Position numbers and translations under genes: made by a program
Source: Actinomycetes bacterium
GTDB lineage: Bacteria; Actinomycetota; CALGFH01
Reading direction: 5' to 3'
NCBI GenBank assembly: GCA_036392615.1
Contig: DASVXQ010000414.1
Coordinates: 204 to 64,203, forward strand
DNA: 64,000 bases
Part shown: piece after piece, positions 10,164-19,997 of the stretch
How positions within the stretch are numbered: the first letter of the stretch is position 1
Layout of the letters: each line of letters opens with the position of its first letter
The notes under the pieces: generated by a model
What the model was told of the DNA's origin: nothing
Database searches by the model: none
The model's input: the letters and a program-made list of their open reading frames with translations, nothing else

Positions 10164-12257
10164 CTACCCCAGCAACAGGCCGAGGTCTTGAGCGCGCCGG
10201 ATCGCCCCACTGCGGGACGAGACGCCGAACTTCCGGTAGATCGAGATCGCCTGCGTCTTGACCGTGTGCGGCGAGAGGTCCATCCGCTCGCCGATCTCGC
10301 GGAAGCAGCGGTAGGTCGCCAGCTGTGGGAGCAGTCGCAGCTCCGCCGCGGTGAGCAGCGACGCCACCACGACGTCGGTGCGAATGGTGTCGAGCCGGGC
10401 CGCCAGCTCGTCGGCCTGCTCACGAAGAACCCCCAGGTCGGGCCAGCGGTGGAGCGCGTCGTCGACCTCTCGGAGCAGGTCTTTGGCGCCACGCACGTCC
10501 ATCAGGGCGGTGCGGGCGCGGATCAGCTCCAGCACGGTCTGGACCCCGTAGAACGGCACGGCCTCGGTGCAGCGGGGCCGCAGCCGCTCGGCCCGGTCGA
10601 GGTGCTCGCGCGCCGCGGGCATGTCGCCGCGGTGAATGGCCAGGCGGGCCCCCACGGCGTACAGCAGCGTGCTGCTGGCGTAGTCGTCCAGGCGGTGGTC
10701 GCGCACGACCGCGCCCGCCCGTCCGGCGAGGCTGGTGGGCTCGTTTGAGTCGTCCCGGTCCATCGCCAGCGTGGCGCGCTCGGCGAGCGCGACCGAGACG
10801 GTCTCGGCCGCGCCGAGGTCCTCCGCCACCTCGGCCGCGCGGGCCAGGGCGGTGTCCGCGCCGTCGATGTCCCCGGTCAGGCGCTGCGAGATCCCCGGGA
10901 GGAGCAGCGCGCGCGCCCGCCAAGGGCTGGAAACGGGCAGCCGCTCCAGCGCTATGGCGGCGTCCTTGCCCATCCGCTCGGCGCCCTGGCGGCACATCCC
11001 CGCCTGCAGCACCGCCAGCCATCCATCGAGTGAGGCGCTGCCGTCCGGCAAGGGCTCCTCGAGCGATCCGCCCGTGGCCTCGTCCGCCCAGCGCTCGGCG
11101 TCGGCGGGGTGACCCGCGAGCAGGTGGACCCAGGCCCCGAGCACCGCAATGCCCGGATAGCGCTGAACCAGCCGCTGGTCTTCGAACCAGTCGAGCCACC
11201 GCTGCAGGGTGGCGGCGCGCCCCTGGTTGTAGACGGAGAGCGCGGCCTCCAGGACCAGGCGGGCGACCCGATCGGCGTCGCCCGCCTGCATGGCGTATTC
11301 GACGGCGTCCTCGGGCAGGCCATTGCGCTCGCACCACTGCGCCGCGCGGCGGGTGAGCGCACCGGCCAGACCGGGCTCGCGGCGCTCGAGTTCCGAACGC
11401 AGCAGCTCCTGGAACAGTTGGTGGTACCGGTACCACCACCGGTTACGGTCGAGTGGGACCAGCAACAGCCTTGATCGCTCCAACGACTCAAGCACTTTGC
11501 CCGACCCCGAGCGCTCGAGCACCGCGTCGCAGAGCGGCCCGGACAGCCGGTCGAGCACCGAGGTCCGCGTCAGGAACCGGACGTGCTCGTCGTCCAAGCC
11601 CTCCAGGAGCACGGATCGTAGGTGGTCGACCACAAAGCGACTGTCGGCCACCCACGCCGTGCTTGGACGCTGGGGAGACCGCATCCGCAGCGAGAGGCCG
11701 GCGAGGTGCAGCGCGACCGGCCAGCCCTCCGTGCGGCGGGTGAGCTCGGCGACGTCGGCCTCGGAGACGTCCACCTCGACCCGGCGGAGCAGCGAGGAGG
11801 CCTCGTCCTGGTCCATCGCGAGATCGTCGGGGCCGATCTCGACCACGCCGCCCTCGGCGCGCAGCCGCGCGACCGGCAGCGGCGGCTGGGCCCGGCCAGC
11901 GAGAACCACCTGCGACGCTCCACGGAGATGCCTGGCCAGCTCCACGAGCGCGCCCAGACCATCCGAGTGCTGGAGCCGGTGGGCGTCGTCGAGCACCACC
12001 ACGCCCGGCTCCTCTCGGCAAAGGGCGGCGACGTCGGTGAGCAGGGTGGTGGGGTCATCGCCGTGCCGGTCGACGGAGAGCCAGGCGAACGGCCGCGGGT
12101 CCCGCTCTGCCCACTGCTTCAGGAGCGTCGTCTTGCCGTACCCGGGCGGCGCGACGATGGCGACGACCGGGACGGCGCTTGAGGCCTTCAGGCGCTCGAG
12201 CAGGTCAGTCCGAGGCACCGTATCGCGGCGCAGTTTGGTCGGTCCTGTCTGGATCAT
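10164..12257 (-). CDS. MalT-like LuxR-family regulator, paralog of 6638 (P-loop NTPase + helical repeats + LuxR HTH)
   Basis: IVAPPGYGKTTLL; WYRYHQLFQELLRSELERREPGL (compare WYRYHHLFRDLLRSELERREPDL in 6638); C-terminal LTAAELRLLPQLATYRCFREIGERMDLSPHTVKTQAISIYRKFGVSSRSGAIRRAQDLGLLLG-stop. The start could be as far upstream as 12344. Confidence 0.75.
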   Translation of the reverse strand: MIQTGPTKLRRDTVPRTDLLERLKASSAVPVVAIVAPPGYGKTTLLKQWAERDPRPFAWLSVDRHGDDPTTLLTDVAALCREEPGVVVLDDAHRLQHSDGLGALVELARHLRGASQVVLAGRAQPPLPVARLRAEGGVVEIGPDDLAMDQDEASSLLRRVEVDVSEADVAELTRRTEGWPVALHLAGLSLRMRSPQRPSTAWVADSRFVVDHLRSVLLEGLDDEHVRFLTRTSVLDRLSGPLCDAVLERSGSGKVLESLERSRLLLVPLDRNRWWYRYHQLFQELLRSELERREPGLAGALTRRAAQWCERNGLPEDAVEYAMQAGDADRVARLVLEAALSVYNQGRAATLQRWLDWFEDQRLVQRYPGIAVLGAWVHLLAGHPADAERWADEATGGSLEEPLPDGSASLDGWLAVLQAGMCRQGAERMGKDAAIALERLPVSSPWRARALLLPGISQRLTGDIDGADTALARAAEVAEDLGAAETVSVALAERATLAMDRDDSNEPTSLAGRAGAVVRDHRLDDYASSTLLYAVGARLAIHRGDMPAAREHLDRAERLRPRCTEAVPFYGVQTVLELIRARTALMDVRGAKDLLREVDDALHRWPDLGVLREQADELAARLDTIRTDVVVASLLTAAELRLLPQLATYRCFREIGERMDLSPHTVKTQAISIYRKFGVSSRSGAIRRAQDLGLLLG

Positions 12258-12433
12258 CACGGGCCCCCCTGGACCGCGGATCGCAGATGCTCGCTGGCGG
12301 CGGGTCCCCGAGGTTGCGGGCTCCGCCGCGGTTGCGTCCCGCAACGAACTGGTCTCCGTGTCACCCTAGAGGCATCGGCATGCCCCCTCGTGGAGACCAA
12401 CGCCCCGGGACCTCCCGGGACCCATCGTCGCGC

Positions 12434-13813
12434 TCACGGTGTCCGGGCCGGCTCCTCGACCGGCGTCGCCGGGGCTCGGGCCGGGGCCTGGGCCGGCGCC
12501 GCGGGCGCGGGCCTTCTGAGCCTGGCGGAGATGACATAGCTGACGACCACCGCCACGATCACCAGCGGCATGACCGCCAGGCCGTCCGACAGCAGCAACA
12601 GCGTGGCCAGCAGGACCGAGGTCAGCGGCAGGCCGAGCATCGCCACCGACATCGCGCCGATGCCCATGGCGACGGCCGGCACCAGCGGCAGGCCGGGAAG
12701 GTGAGACATCGCGATCCCGCCGGCAGCGCCCAGGAACATCGCCGGAAAGACAGGGCCGCCCCGGAAGCTGCTCAGCGACGCCCCGTAGGCGAGTCCCTTG
12801 CAGGCGACCAGCAGCACCAGCGCGCCCACCGAGTAGGCGGCGCTGTTGGAGATGAGCGGTCCCATCGCTGTCTGTCCCGAGAACAGCACGTCCGAGGAGC
12901 TCTTGCCGGTCGCCTCGGCGTAGGCGATCGCCAGCCCCGCGATAACCAGGCCGATGACCGGGGTGAGCAGCACGACCCTGCGCTCGACGGCGCGCCTGAC
13001 CAGCAGGGCGAGCTGGCGGATGCCGACGCCGAGCAGCGCCGCGGCGACACCGACGACCAGGGCCCAGCCGAACTGGGCGAGGTCCGGCCGCGCGAACTTG
13101 GGAAGGTCGGGCAGCGCCAGCGAGAAGGTCCCAAAGCCGGTCCAGGCGTCCAGGCCGACGAAGATCAACGAACCGATTCCGGCCGCCAGCAGCCCCGGGA
13201 CCAGCACCAGCCCGAGCATCGGCCCGCCGATCCCCGCCACCTCCATCAGCAGGAACGCGCCCAGGATTGGCGAGCCGAGCAGCGTGCTGATGGCGGCGAA
13301 GCCGCCCGCCGAGGCCAGCACGGCGATGGCGCTGGCGGGGGTGTCGCGCCTGGCCAGCCGCACGGCCCAGACGGCCAGTCCGCCGCCGAGGGCAATTAGC
13401 GGCATCTCGGGCCCGAGCACCACCCCGAAGGTGAGGGTCGCCAGGGCCGCCAGTGTGATGCCCGGCAGTTCGACGGGGGAGGGCGCACCATGTGGCTTGA
13501 ACCCCTCGGCCGGCGACTCGCCACCGCGTCCGGGCAGGTAGCGGATGGTCAACCCGACCAAGACGCCGGCGACGGCCAGCAGTGGGACGGGCCACCAGAC
13601 CGGCGCCCCGTGGAAGCCCAGTCCCTCGGGAAGGTCGGTGAAGACCCATCCCTGCATGAGGCTGACCAGCTTGAGGAAGCCGAACGCCGCCGCGGAGACC
13701 GGCACCCCGAGGACCGCGGCGAACACCAGGAGCCGCAGGTAGGCCTGGCTGCGGAGGAGCGCGACCGGGTCGGGCCGCGAGGAGGCGGGATCGGTCGAAG
13801 CGGAAGAAGTCAT
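12434..13813 (-). CDS. ClC-family chloride channel / H+:Cl- antiporter
   Basis: Multi-TM protein with ClC-type motifs: IRYLPGRGGESP, VVLGPEMPLIALGG, SFRGGPVFPAMFLGAAGG. Start set at the internal ATG (complement of 13811-13813, MTSSASTD...). Confidence 0.75.
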   Translation of the reverse strand: MTSSASTDPASSRPDPVALLRSQAYLRLLVFAAVLGVPVSAAAFGFLKLVSLMQGWVFTDLPEGLGFHGAPVWWPVPLLAVAGVLVGLTIRYLPGRGGESPAEGFKPHGAPSPVELPGITLAALATLTFGVVLGPEMPLIALGGGLAVWAVRLARRDTPASAIAVLASAGGFAAISTLLGSPILGAFLLMEVAGIGGPMLGLVLVPGLLAAGIGSLIFVGLDAWTGFGTFSLALPDLPKFARPDLAQFGWALVVGVAAALLGVGIRQLALLVRRAVERRVVLLTPVIGLVIAGLAIAYAEATGKSSSDVLFSGQTAMGPLISNSAAYSVGALVLLVACKGLAYGASLSSFRGGPVFPAMFLGAAGGIAMSHLPGLPLVPAVAMGIGAMSVAMLGLPLTSVLLATLLLLSDGLAVMPLVIVAVVVSYVISARLRRPAPAAPAQAPARAPATPVEEPARTP

Positions 13814-14181
13814 CGGCAGCTCCAGCGCTGAGGAACCGTCGCGGCGATGGTCCTTGGACGGCCGTGCGCGCGCATCACCCGATCTGGGGGAACGAAGGGG
13901 TGGTGGGCGATGGATCATCCCATTTGGGCGGATGTGGCCGCCGGTCTCCACAGTTGCCATGGAACCCGAGAGATGGGAGCGGTGATGCCATGGCTCTGGG
14001 TCGTGGCGCCGCGGGTGCTGAACGGCGCCACAACCCTCACGGGTGCCTGCCCGATGATCGCGATCCCTGCGCTCGTTTCGCCCCAACAGGGTGATGGAGG
14101 GCTCGCCTCGGTGCGCCAGCCTGAGCTGGTCACGACCTCATCCGCGCAGGACAGGAGGAGCCATGCAGGAGCAACGCTCGG

Positions 14182-14565
14182 ATGTGGGGGCAGGATGGGT
14201 TGGGCGCCCTGCTGAAAAGCGGCCGCTTCTACGCCGCTGCCGCCAACTACCCCTACGGTTCCAGCGTGACGACGTGGGGTTGGATCGTGCTCATTGGCGG
14301 CCTCATCGTCCTGCTGGCAGGGTTCTACGTGATGCGGGGAGCGCTGTGGGCCCGGATCATGGGAATCACGCTCGCGTCGCTGTCGGCGTTGGTGAACTTC
14401 TTCTTCATTCCCTTCTACCCGTTCTGGGCGCTCATGGTTATCGCGCTCAACATTTTTGTCATCTGGGCGCTGGCGGCTCATGGCAGAGCGCTGGCGCAGG
14501 AACTGCGTTCTCCAGAGGCTCCCGCCCAGCTCGACAGCAACCGGTCCGATGTGATGGGGGGATGA
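14182..14565 (+). CDS. Small membrane protein (DUF7144-like, 3 TM retained); N-terminus apparently frameshifted
   Basis: TTWGWIVLIGGLIVLLAGFYVMRGALWARIMGITLASLSALVNFFFIPFYPFWALMVIALNIFVIWALAAHG. A strong RBS plus ATG lies at 14152-14165 in a different frame. Confidence 0.45.
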   Translation: MWGQDGLGALLKSGRFYAAAANYPYGSSVTTWGWIVLIGGLIVLLAGFYVMRGALWARIMGITLASLSALVNFFFIPFYPFWALMVIALNIFVIWALAAHGRALAQELRSPEAPAQLDSNRSDVMGG

Positions 14566-14703
14566 GAAATACGTAGCGCTCGCCCAGAGCTGCCGAGCTG
14601 CCGGGCGGCCGGCGCCGGCCCCGCTCCGGCGTTGACCGGCCGCCCCGAAGTCTCACGATTCGGGCCATAACCCCGGCCGCCCCGATCGGGGAGGACGATA
14701 TTC

Positions 14704-15705
14704 GTGCGAGTGCTGTGGCCGGGCATGCTGTGGGCGCTACTGCTGCTGCCGGTGGCCATCGCCGCGTACCTGCTCGGCCAGCGACGCCGCACCAGCTACA
14801 CGGCGCGCTTCGCCAACCTGGACCTGCTCGCCAACGTGGTTGCACGTTCGCCGGGCTGGCGTCGCCATCTCCCAGCTGTGCTGTATCTGCTGGCCCTTGC
14901 CTGCCTGCTGCTGGCGCTGGCCCGCCCGCAAGCGACCGTCCTGGTCCCCAAGCAGCAGGCCAACGTGATCCTCATCATGGACGTCTCACGCTCGATGACC
15001 GCCGTCGACGTCGCCCCCTCCCGGCTGGTGGCCGCCGCCGACGCCGCCGGCGGGTTCGTCGACCGGCTCCCCAACGGCTTCCGAATCGGGCTGATCAGCT
15101 TCTCCACCACCGCCCAGCTCGTCGCTACGCCCACCACCGACCGCCAAGCCGTCCACGACGGGCTGAGCTCACTCCGAGCGAAGGGCGGCACTGCCATCGG
15201 CGACGCCATCGAACGCGCCCTGGATCTGCGGAGACCGCCCCCCACCAGCAGCTCCGCGAACGTCCCAGCCCGCCCGGCCCCCGACCCGGCGCTCCGCACC
15301 CTGCCGATGGCGTTGCTGCTGCTGTCGGACGGCGCCAACACCTCCGGCCGCACGCCACCACAGCGCGCCGCTGACGACGCTCATCAGCTCCGCGTGCCGA
15401 TCTACACCATCGCGCTGGGCACCCAGGATGGCACCGTCAACTTGCCCGACCTCTCCGGCCAACCCCGCATGACCTCCGTACCGCCAGACCCTGGCGGCCT
15501 CCAGCAGATCGCACAGCGCACTGGCGGGCAGGCCTTCACCGCGCCCACCGCGACAAACCTTGGGCGGGTCTACCGCCAGATCGGCACCCGCATCGGCTTC
15601 GTCCACCAGGACCGGGAGATCACCGTCGCGTTTGCCGCGGCCGCGCTGCTGCTGTTGGCTGCCGGCGGCACGCTCGCCCTGGTGTGGCTCCAGCGCCTCC
15701 CTTGA
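14704..15705 (+). CDS. von Willebrand factor A domain protein (BatA-like; TM helices at both ends)
   Basis: MIDAS-type VILIMDVSRSMTAVD ... GGTAIGDAIERAL. N-terminal helices (MLWALLLLPVAIAAYLL; LPAVLYLLALACLLLALA) and a C-terminal helix (AALLLLAAGGTLALVWL). GTG start. Confidence 0.7.
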   Translation: MRVLWPGMLWALLLLPVAIAAYLLGQRRRTSYTARFANLDLLANVVARSPGWRRHLPAVLYLLALACLLLALARPQATVLVPKQQANVILIMDVSRSMTAVDVAPSRLVAAADAAGGFVDRLPNGFRIGLISFSTTAQLVATPTTDRQAVHDGLSSLRAKGGTAIGDAIERALDLRRPPPTSSSANVPARPAPDPALRTLPMALLLLSDGANTSGRTPPQRAADDAHQLRVPIYTIALGTQDGTVNLPDLSGQPRMTSVPPDPGGLQQIAQRTGGQAFTAPTATNLGRVYRQIGTRIGFVHQDREITVAFAAAALLLLAAGGTLALVWLQRLP

Positions 15706-15975
15706 CCAGGCCGCCGTGCGCATACGATCCATCCAGGCGTACACACTCTGGCGGGAACCCACCGTTCGGCCGCCTCGGTCAGCGCCAGCCCGTCACGCAG
15801 GACCTCCATGACGGCGCCGTCGGGTCGCTCGAGCACCCGGTACTCCCGAGCACTCTTCCGCCCCTCTCAGGCTCGGCCGCACAAGACGGCCACGATGGGG
15901 AAGGCCAGACGGCATATGTCGCGCTGTCAGTTCGTGCGGCGAGCCCTGAACGGACGACGCCCGGGGCTGCCTGCC

Positions 15976-17344
15976 TCAATCCCGCTCCCGCACCGCCCTC
16001 GGCGTGCTGGTTGAGGGCGTCTGCGGCGTGCCGAACGGCTGGAACGCCGTCTCCCTGATCAGCGGGAGGCTGATCGCTGCGGCCAGGGCGACGGTGCTGG
16101 CGTAGTAGGCGGGAATGAGGGAGTTGCCGGTGCGCCGGACCAGCAGCGTATCCAAGAAAGGGAGCGGTTCCGCCGATGATCGCGCTAGCCAGCCCGTAGG
16201 TGATCGACAGCGCGGAGGAGCGGACCCGCGTTGGCACCAACTCGGACAGGTAGGTGGGCAGAACGAAGCAGCTAAGCGCCAAGCCGATCAGGAGATACCC
16301 CAACGGGAGCCCGATGGGTCCGGCTCGATGCACAAGCAGGTAGGCCGGCACGATGAGCGTGAGCAGGCCGAGCGTCCCAGCGGTCAACAGTGGCCTTCGG
16401 CCGACGCGGTCGGACAGGTGCCCGAGGGCGGGTGCGGTGGTGACCATCAACGCCAAGCCAACCAGTGTGGCCGCCAGTGCCCTGATGAGCGGGACGCCCC
16501 GCGCAGCCACCAGATGGCTCGGCAGGAAGACGAAGAACGTGTTGAAGGTGAGCGAGGCGGCGGCGACCAGCCCAAAGCCCACAAGCAGCCGCCCCGGATA
16601 GGCGCGCACCGCCTCGATCGCCGGCCGGCGGGCGACGACCCGGGCGCGCAGCATGGCGCGGAAACGCGGCGTCTCGTCGAGACGCCGCCGCAGGTACAAC
16701 CCGACCAATCCAAGCGGCAGGGCGAGCAGGAAAGCCAGCCGCCAGCCCCATGCCTCCAACGTGGCCCGTGGCAGCAGCCCGACCAGGACGGCGGCCATGC
16801 CGATGCCCGCCGCCAGACCCAGCGCCAGCGTGCCCCACAGCTATGCGCCGTACCACCCGCGCCGGTGCATCGGCGCGTACTCAACGACAAACGCCGATGA
16901 ATTGCCGCCCTCCCCGCCCGCCGAGAGTCCCTGCGCGGACCGGAGCACCACCAGCAGGACCGGGGCCGCCAGGCCGATCGACGCGGCACCGGGCAGTATC
17001 CCGATGCCAGCCGTCGCCAGCGACATCAGGATGATCACGGTGGCGAGTACGTGCCGGCGGCCGCGTCGGTCGCCGCGTCGGCCAAACAGCACCGCACCTA
17101 CCGGACGTAACACGAATGCGGTGGCAAATATCGCGAAGGCGGCCAGCAGGCCGGCGGTGTGATCAGCGCGTGGGAAATACCTACTCGCAATCACGGTTGC
17201 GAAGGCACCATATATGGCGAAATCATACCACTCGACGGCGTTCCCGATGCAGGCGGCTACCAGCGCCCGCCTTGACGCCGACTGTCTGGCAAATTCCTCG
17301 GTACGCTCTGCGCCAGTGGCACAATGCAGGCCCTGATTTCTCAT
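15976..17344 (-). pseudogene. MFS metabolite:H+ symporter (ProP/sugar-porter-like) disrupted by an in-frame TAG and a frameshift
   Basis: N-half GNAVEWYDFAIYGAFA ... VLFGRRGDRRGRR ... LRSAQGLSAGGEGG ends at TAG (complement of 16841-16843) in the same frame as the C-half (WGTLALGLAAGIGMAAVLV...). Near 16150-16162 the frame switches: the conserved tail LDTLLVRRTGNSLIPAYYASTVALAAAISLPLIRETA is readable only in another frame, down to the stop at 15976. Confidence 0.65.
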
Positions 17345-17765
17345 GGCGATCGCCCCGCTGGGCCGCTCATCCCCGGCAGCGTACGCCGCGAGTGGTTCAG
17401 GACGCCTGGTCAGTCCGGGTAAAGCGCCGAGCATGGATCACGCCGTCGGGCAGGAACGCACTGTTGGGCAAAAGAGGAACCAGCGGTGCGGCGAGCGGTC
17501 CAGCTGGCACATCAATCCGTGCGAAAGGAACACCCAGGCCGAGATTGGCGGGTGGCCAGCGACCCGGCGGGCACGCCTGAGATCAAGGCCTCCACGGCCA
17601 CAACCAGCTTTTCAGACACCCTCTGGCCACCGGCCGATGGGCTGCACAGCGGGGGACGTTCGACCCTTCCGGCCAAGCGCGCGAAATGGCCACATGTCAG
17701 TGACGGCGCACGGCCGTCGCCATGACGTGGCGTGCGCCAGCGCATCCAGCAGGGATGGTGATCGT

Positions 17766-18224
17766 ATGACAGCAACCGAAGTCGTGACACAGACAGCCCA
17801 TGACGCCCAGCGTGACCAGCGCACCGGACGGATGCTCCCGACAGCGGTCGCCGTCGGCGGCCTGTGGCTGGCCATGGCGCTCAGCAGCGTGTTCGCGCCG
17901 GACCTGATCTCCAGCGACCAGGACCACGTGCCCATCATGGCGATCACGATCTGGATCTGGGGGGCGGTGGCTACCGGCTTCGTCCTGTTCGGCGCCGCTT
18001 TCCCGACCCGCGACCGGATGGCGCGGTGGGGCCTGCCCGTGGCCGTGCTGGGTATCTGGGGCGCGGTCGCGCTGGTGAGCATCTTCGCGCCGACCATCGT
18101 GGCCGGCAGCGATGGGACGATCGTCCCGGTCGCCGGGCTGTTCAGTCCGGCCGCCGGCGCCATCGCGACGGGGTACGCGTGTCTGGCGGCCGCCTGGTCG
18201 GCCGTGTCGGAGCGGCGCCTTTGA
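17766..18224 (+). CDS. Hypothetical 4-TM membrane protein
   Basis: Internal ATG 17766. Hydrophobic helices: AVAVGGLWLAMALSSVFA, IMAITIWIWGAVATGFVLFGAAF, LPVAVLGIWGAVALVSIFA, AAGAIATGYACLAAAW. No recognisable family. Confidence 0.4.
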   Translation: MTATEVVTQTAHDAQRDQRTGRMLPTAVAVGGLWLAMALSSVFAPDLISSDQDHVPIMAITIWIWGAVATGFVLFGAAFPTRDRMARWGLPVAVLGIWGAVALVSIFAPTIVAGSDGTIVPVAGLFSPAAGAIATGYACLAAAWSAVSERRL

Positions 18225-18374
18225 GCGTCCACCCGCACGCGCTCCCGTCGAGCACCAGAAGGCGTAGCCGACTCGGCTCTGGCGCCGGACGTGAAGCGGC
18301 CCAAGGCATCCAGGGCCGCTCCGGTAACCTGCTGGCCGTGCATCCTGCCAGCGGCCGTGCCATCCGCGTACCAC

Positions 18375-18605
18375 TTACTGGCCGACAGCGTGGTCCCGCG
18401 AAGGTGTCATGCGCAGTAGCTGGTCGCGGAGCTGGCGGGTGGGTTCGGAGGGGTCGTCGCCGAGGTTGGCCATGCGCAGCTCCGGTCGGCGATAGGTGCG
18501 GCGGGTCTCCTCGACGTGGCCGAGTTGCGCGTGGACGCGCATGATCTGCTGGTACAGCTCCTCGTTGTAGGGATCCCAGCGGACCGCCTGCTCGAGCAGC
18601 TCACC
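18375..18605 (-). pseudogene. C-terminal BTAD (bacterial transcriptional activator domain) fragment of a SARP/AfsR-type regulator
   Basis: LLEQAVRWDPYNEELYQQIMRVHAQLGHVEETRRTYRRPELRMANLGDDPSEPTRQLRDQLL matches the BTAD consensus (..DP..E.....LM.....G......Y......L..ELG..PS..T..L...I). No N-terminal wHTH is present. Confidence 0.45.
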
Positions 18606-18860
18606 AGCCTTGACCAGACCGTCGGCGAGCTGCTCGCCCGTCACCTGCCCAAGGGCGCCGACCCGCGCCTGGCCCGGGTCGCCGTCGAGCAGCTGCTGAC
18701 CATGACCAGCGGGCTGGCCGGCGACGACCCGTCGCTGGGCGGCGACCGAAGCGTGATGGACGGCCTGATTGGCAGCCGCGACTGGGTCCGCCACATCCTG
18801 GGCGGGCGGCTGGCCACAACACCGGGGACCCGCTTTGCCTACAGCAGCGCGAGGATGCCG
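18606..18860 (+). pseudogene. Internal fragment of a serine hydrolase / class-C beta-lactamase-family protein
   Basis: VGELLARHLP...VAVEQLLTMTSGLAGDDP....WVRHILGGRLATTPGTRFAYSSA resembles the '...LLTHTSGL... PG..F.YSN' block. The SxxK nucleophile region and the C-terminus are missing. Confidence 0.4.
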
Positions 18861-19158
18861 ACAACCTGATCGGCGAGACGATCATCCCGGCCGTCACCGG
18901 CTAGCCGTCTGGACAGCCTCCTGTCAGGGCGAGCCGTGTCAGCTGCGGCGAAAGTAGCGCGGGGAGGTGGGCGCCTTCGCGGAGTTCCGGACGCAACCAT
19001 CGGGTGCTTGGGGAGCGGCTGCTCTGCCTCCTCAAGCCGATCACAGTGGCAACGACCCCGGCGGATCACGCCAGACCGCACAGCGAGCTTGCGCCCTCCG
19101 TGGTGGTTCAACGGCGTCGGACCAGCTGCGAACGCCCCGGTGGCAGCAGTCCGGAGGC

Positions 19159-19578
19159 TTAGCGGGCGACCAGGACTGGCCGGTCGGCGTGGTGAACAAG
19201 CCGGTTAGACACCGAGCCCAGCAGCAGCCGGTGGCCCAGGCCGTGGCCGCGGTTGCCGACCACCACCACGTCCGCACCATGCTCGGCGGCCAGGGCCTCC
19301 AGTTCGGCCGCCGGCTCACCGGTGCGCACCTCGAAGCGCCAGGGCACGCCCAGCGGGTCCAGCACCTCGGCGGTCCGCTCGGTCACCAGCCGGTCCGCCT
19401 CCTTCCAGCGCGCCTGCAAGTCCTCCAAGCCGAGCACCTGGGGCGTCCCGAGTGAGGGCAGGTAGTGAACGTGGACGACGGTGAGGGTGGCTCCGGTTTC
19501 CTTGGCCAGTTGCCCAGCCCGACGGGTGGCGTCCGCTGCAGCGTCCGAGCCGTCCACGCCGATCATGATCTCACGCAT
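19159..19578 (-). CDS. Universal stress protein (UspA family)
   Basis: MREIMIGVDGSDAAADATRRAGQLA...TLTVVHV ... ADVVVVGNRGHGLGHRLLLGSVSNRLVHHADRPVLVA. Internal ATG (complement of 19576-19578) with GGAGAGG upstream. Confidence 0.8.
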   Translation of the reverse strand: MREIMIGVDGSDAAADATRRAGQLAKETGATLTVVHVHYLPSLGTPQVLGLEDLQARWKEADRLVTERTAEVLDPLGVPWRFEVRTGEPAAELEALAAEHGADVVVVGNRGHGLGHRLLLGSVSNRLVHHADRPVLVAR

Positions 19579-19799
19579 TGCCGCCTCTCCTTGTGGGGGC
19601 ATATCTCCACGTTCAGTGTGCTTTCCGGTGGCGGCCGCGGCGACGGCCGGAGGACCCTCGACCGGTGGGACGTCCGGCGAGTCCTGGGCTCCATCGTCCG
19701 AAAACGGAGCCGGCCAGCCACACCGGCGCGGCGCTTGCATGGGCCCGAAATGAAGCCTTCCAGTTCACCTATTGCCGAACTCAGCCAGCCGTGACTGCC

Positions 19800-19995
19800 A
19801 GGTGGCTGTGCTGATCGGCGACCAGCTGCTGGGCAAATGCCCGGCCGGCCCCATGCGCGCCCTCAACCGCCCAGCATCGCTGCGGCCAGGGCCCAGCCCA
19901 TTCACGCAAGTGCTGATAGCCAACGTGGGTAGCTGGGAAGTGCTGCTGGTCCAGCAGCCGGCCGTGCTCATCCAGCGCGGCGGCGGTCTGGGAGC
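19800..19995 (-). mobile_element. IS110-family transposase, N-terminal fragment only
   Basis: My translation of the minus strand gives ALDEHGRLLDQQHFPATHVGYQHLREWAGPWPQRCWAVEGAHGAGRAFAQQLVAD. This is the typical DEDD_Tnp_IS110 N-terminal pattern, truncated at both ends. Confidence 0.5.
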
Positions 19996-19997
19996 CT

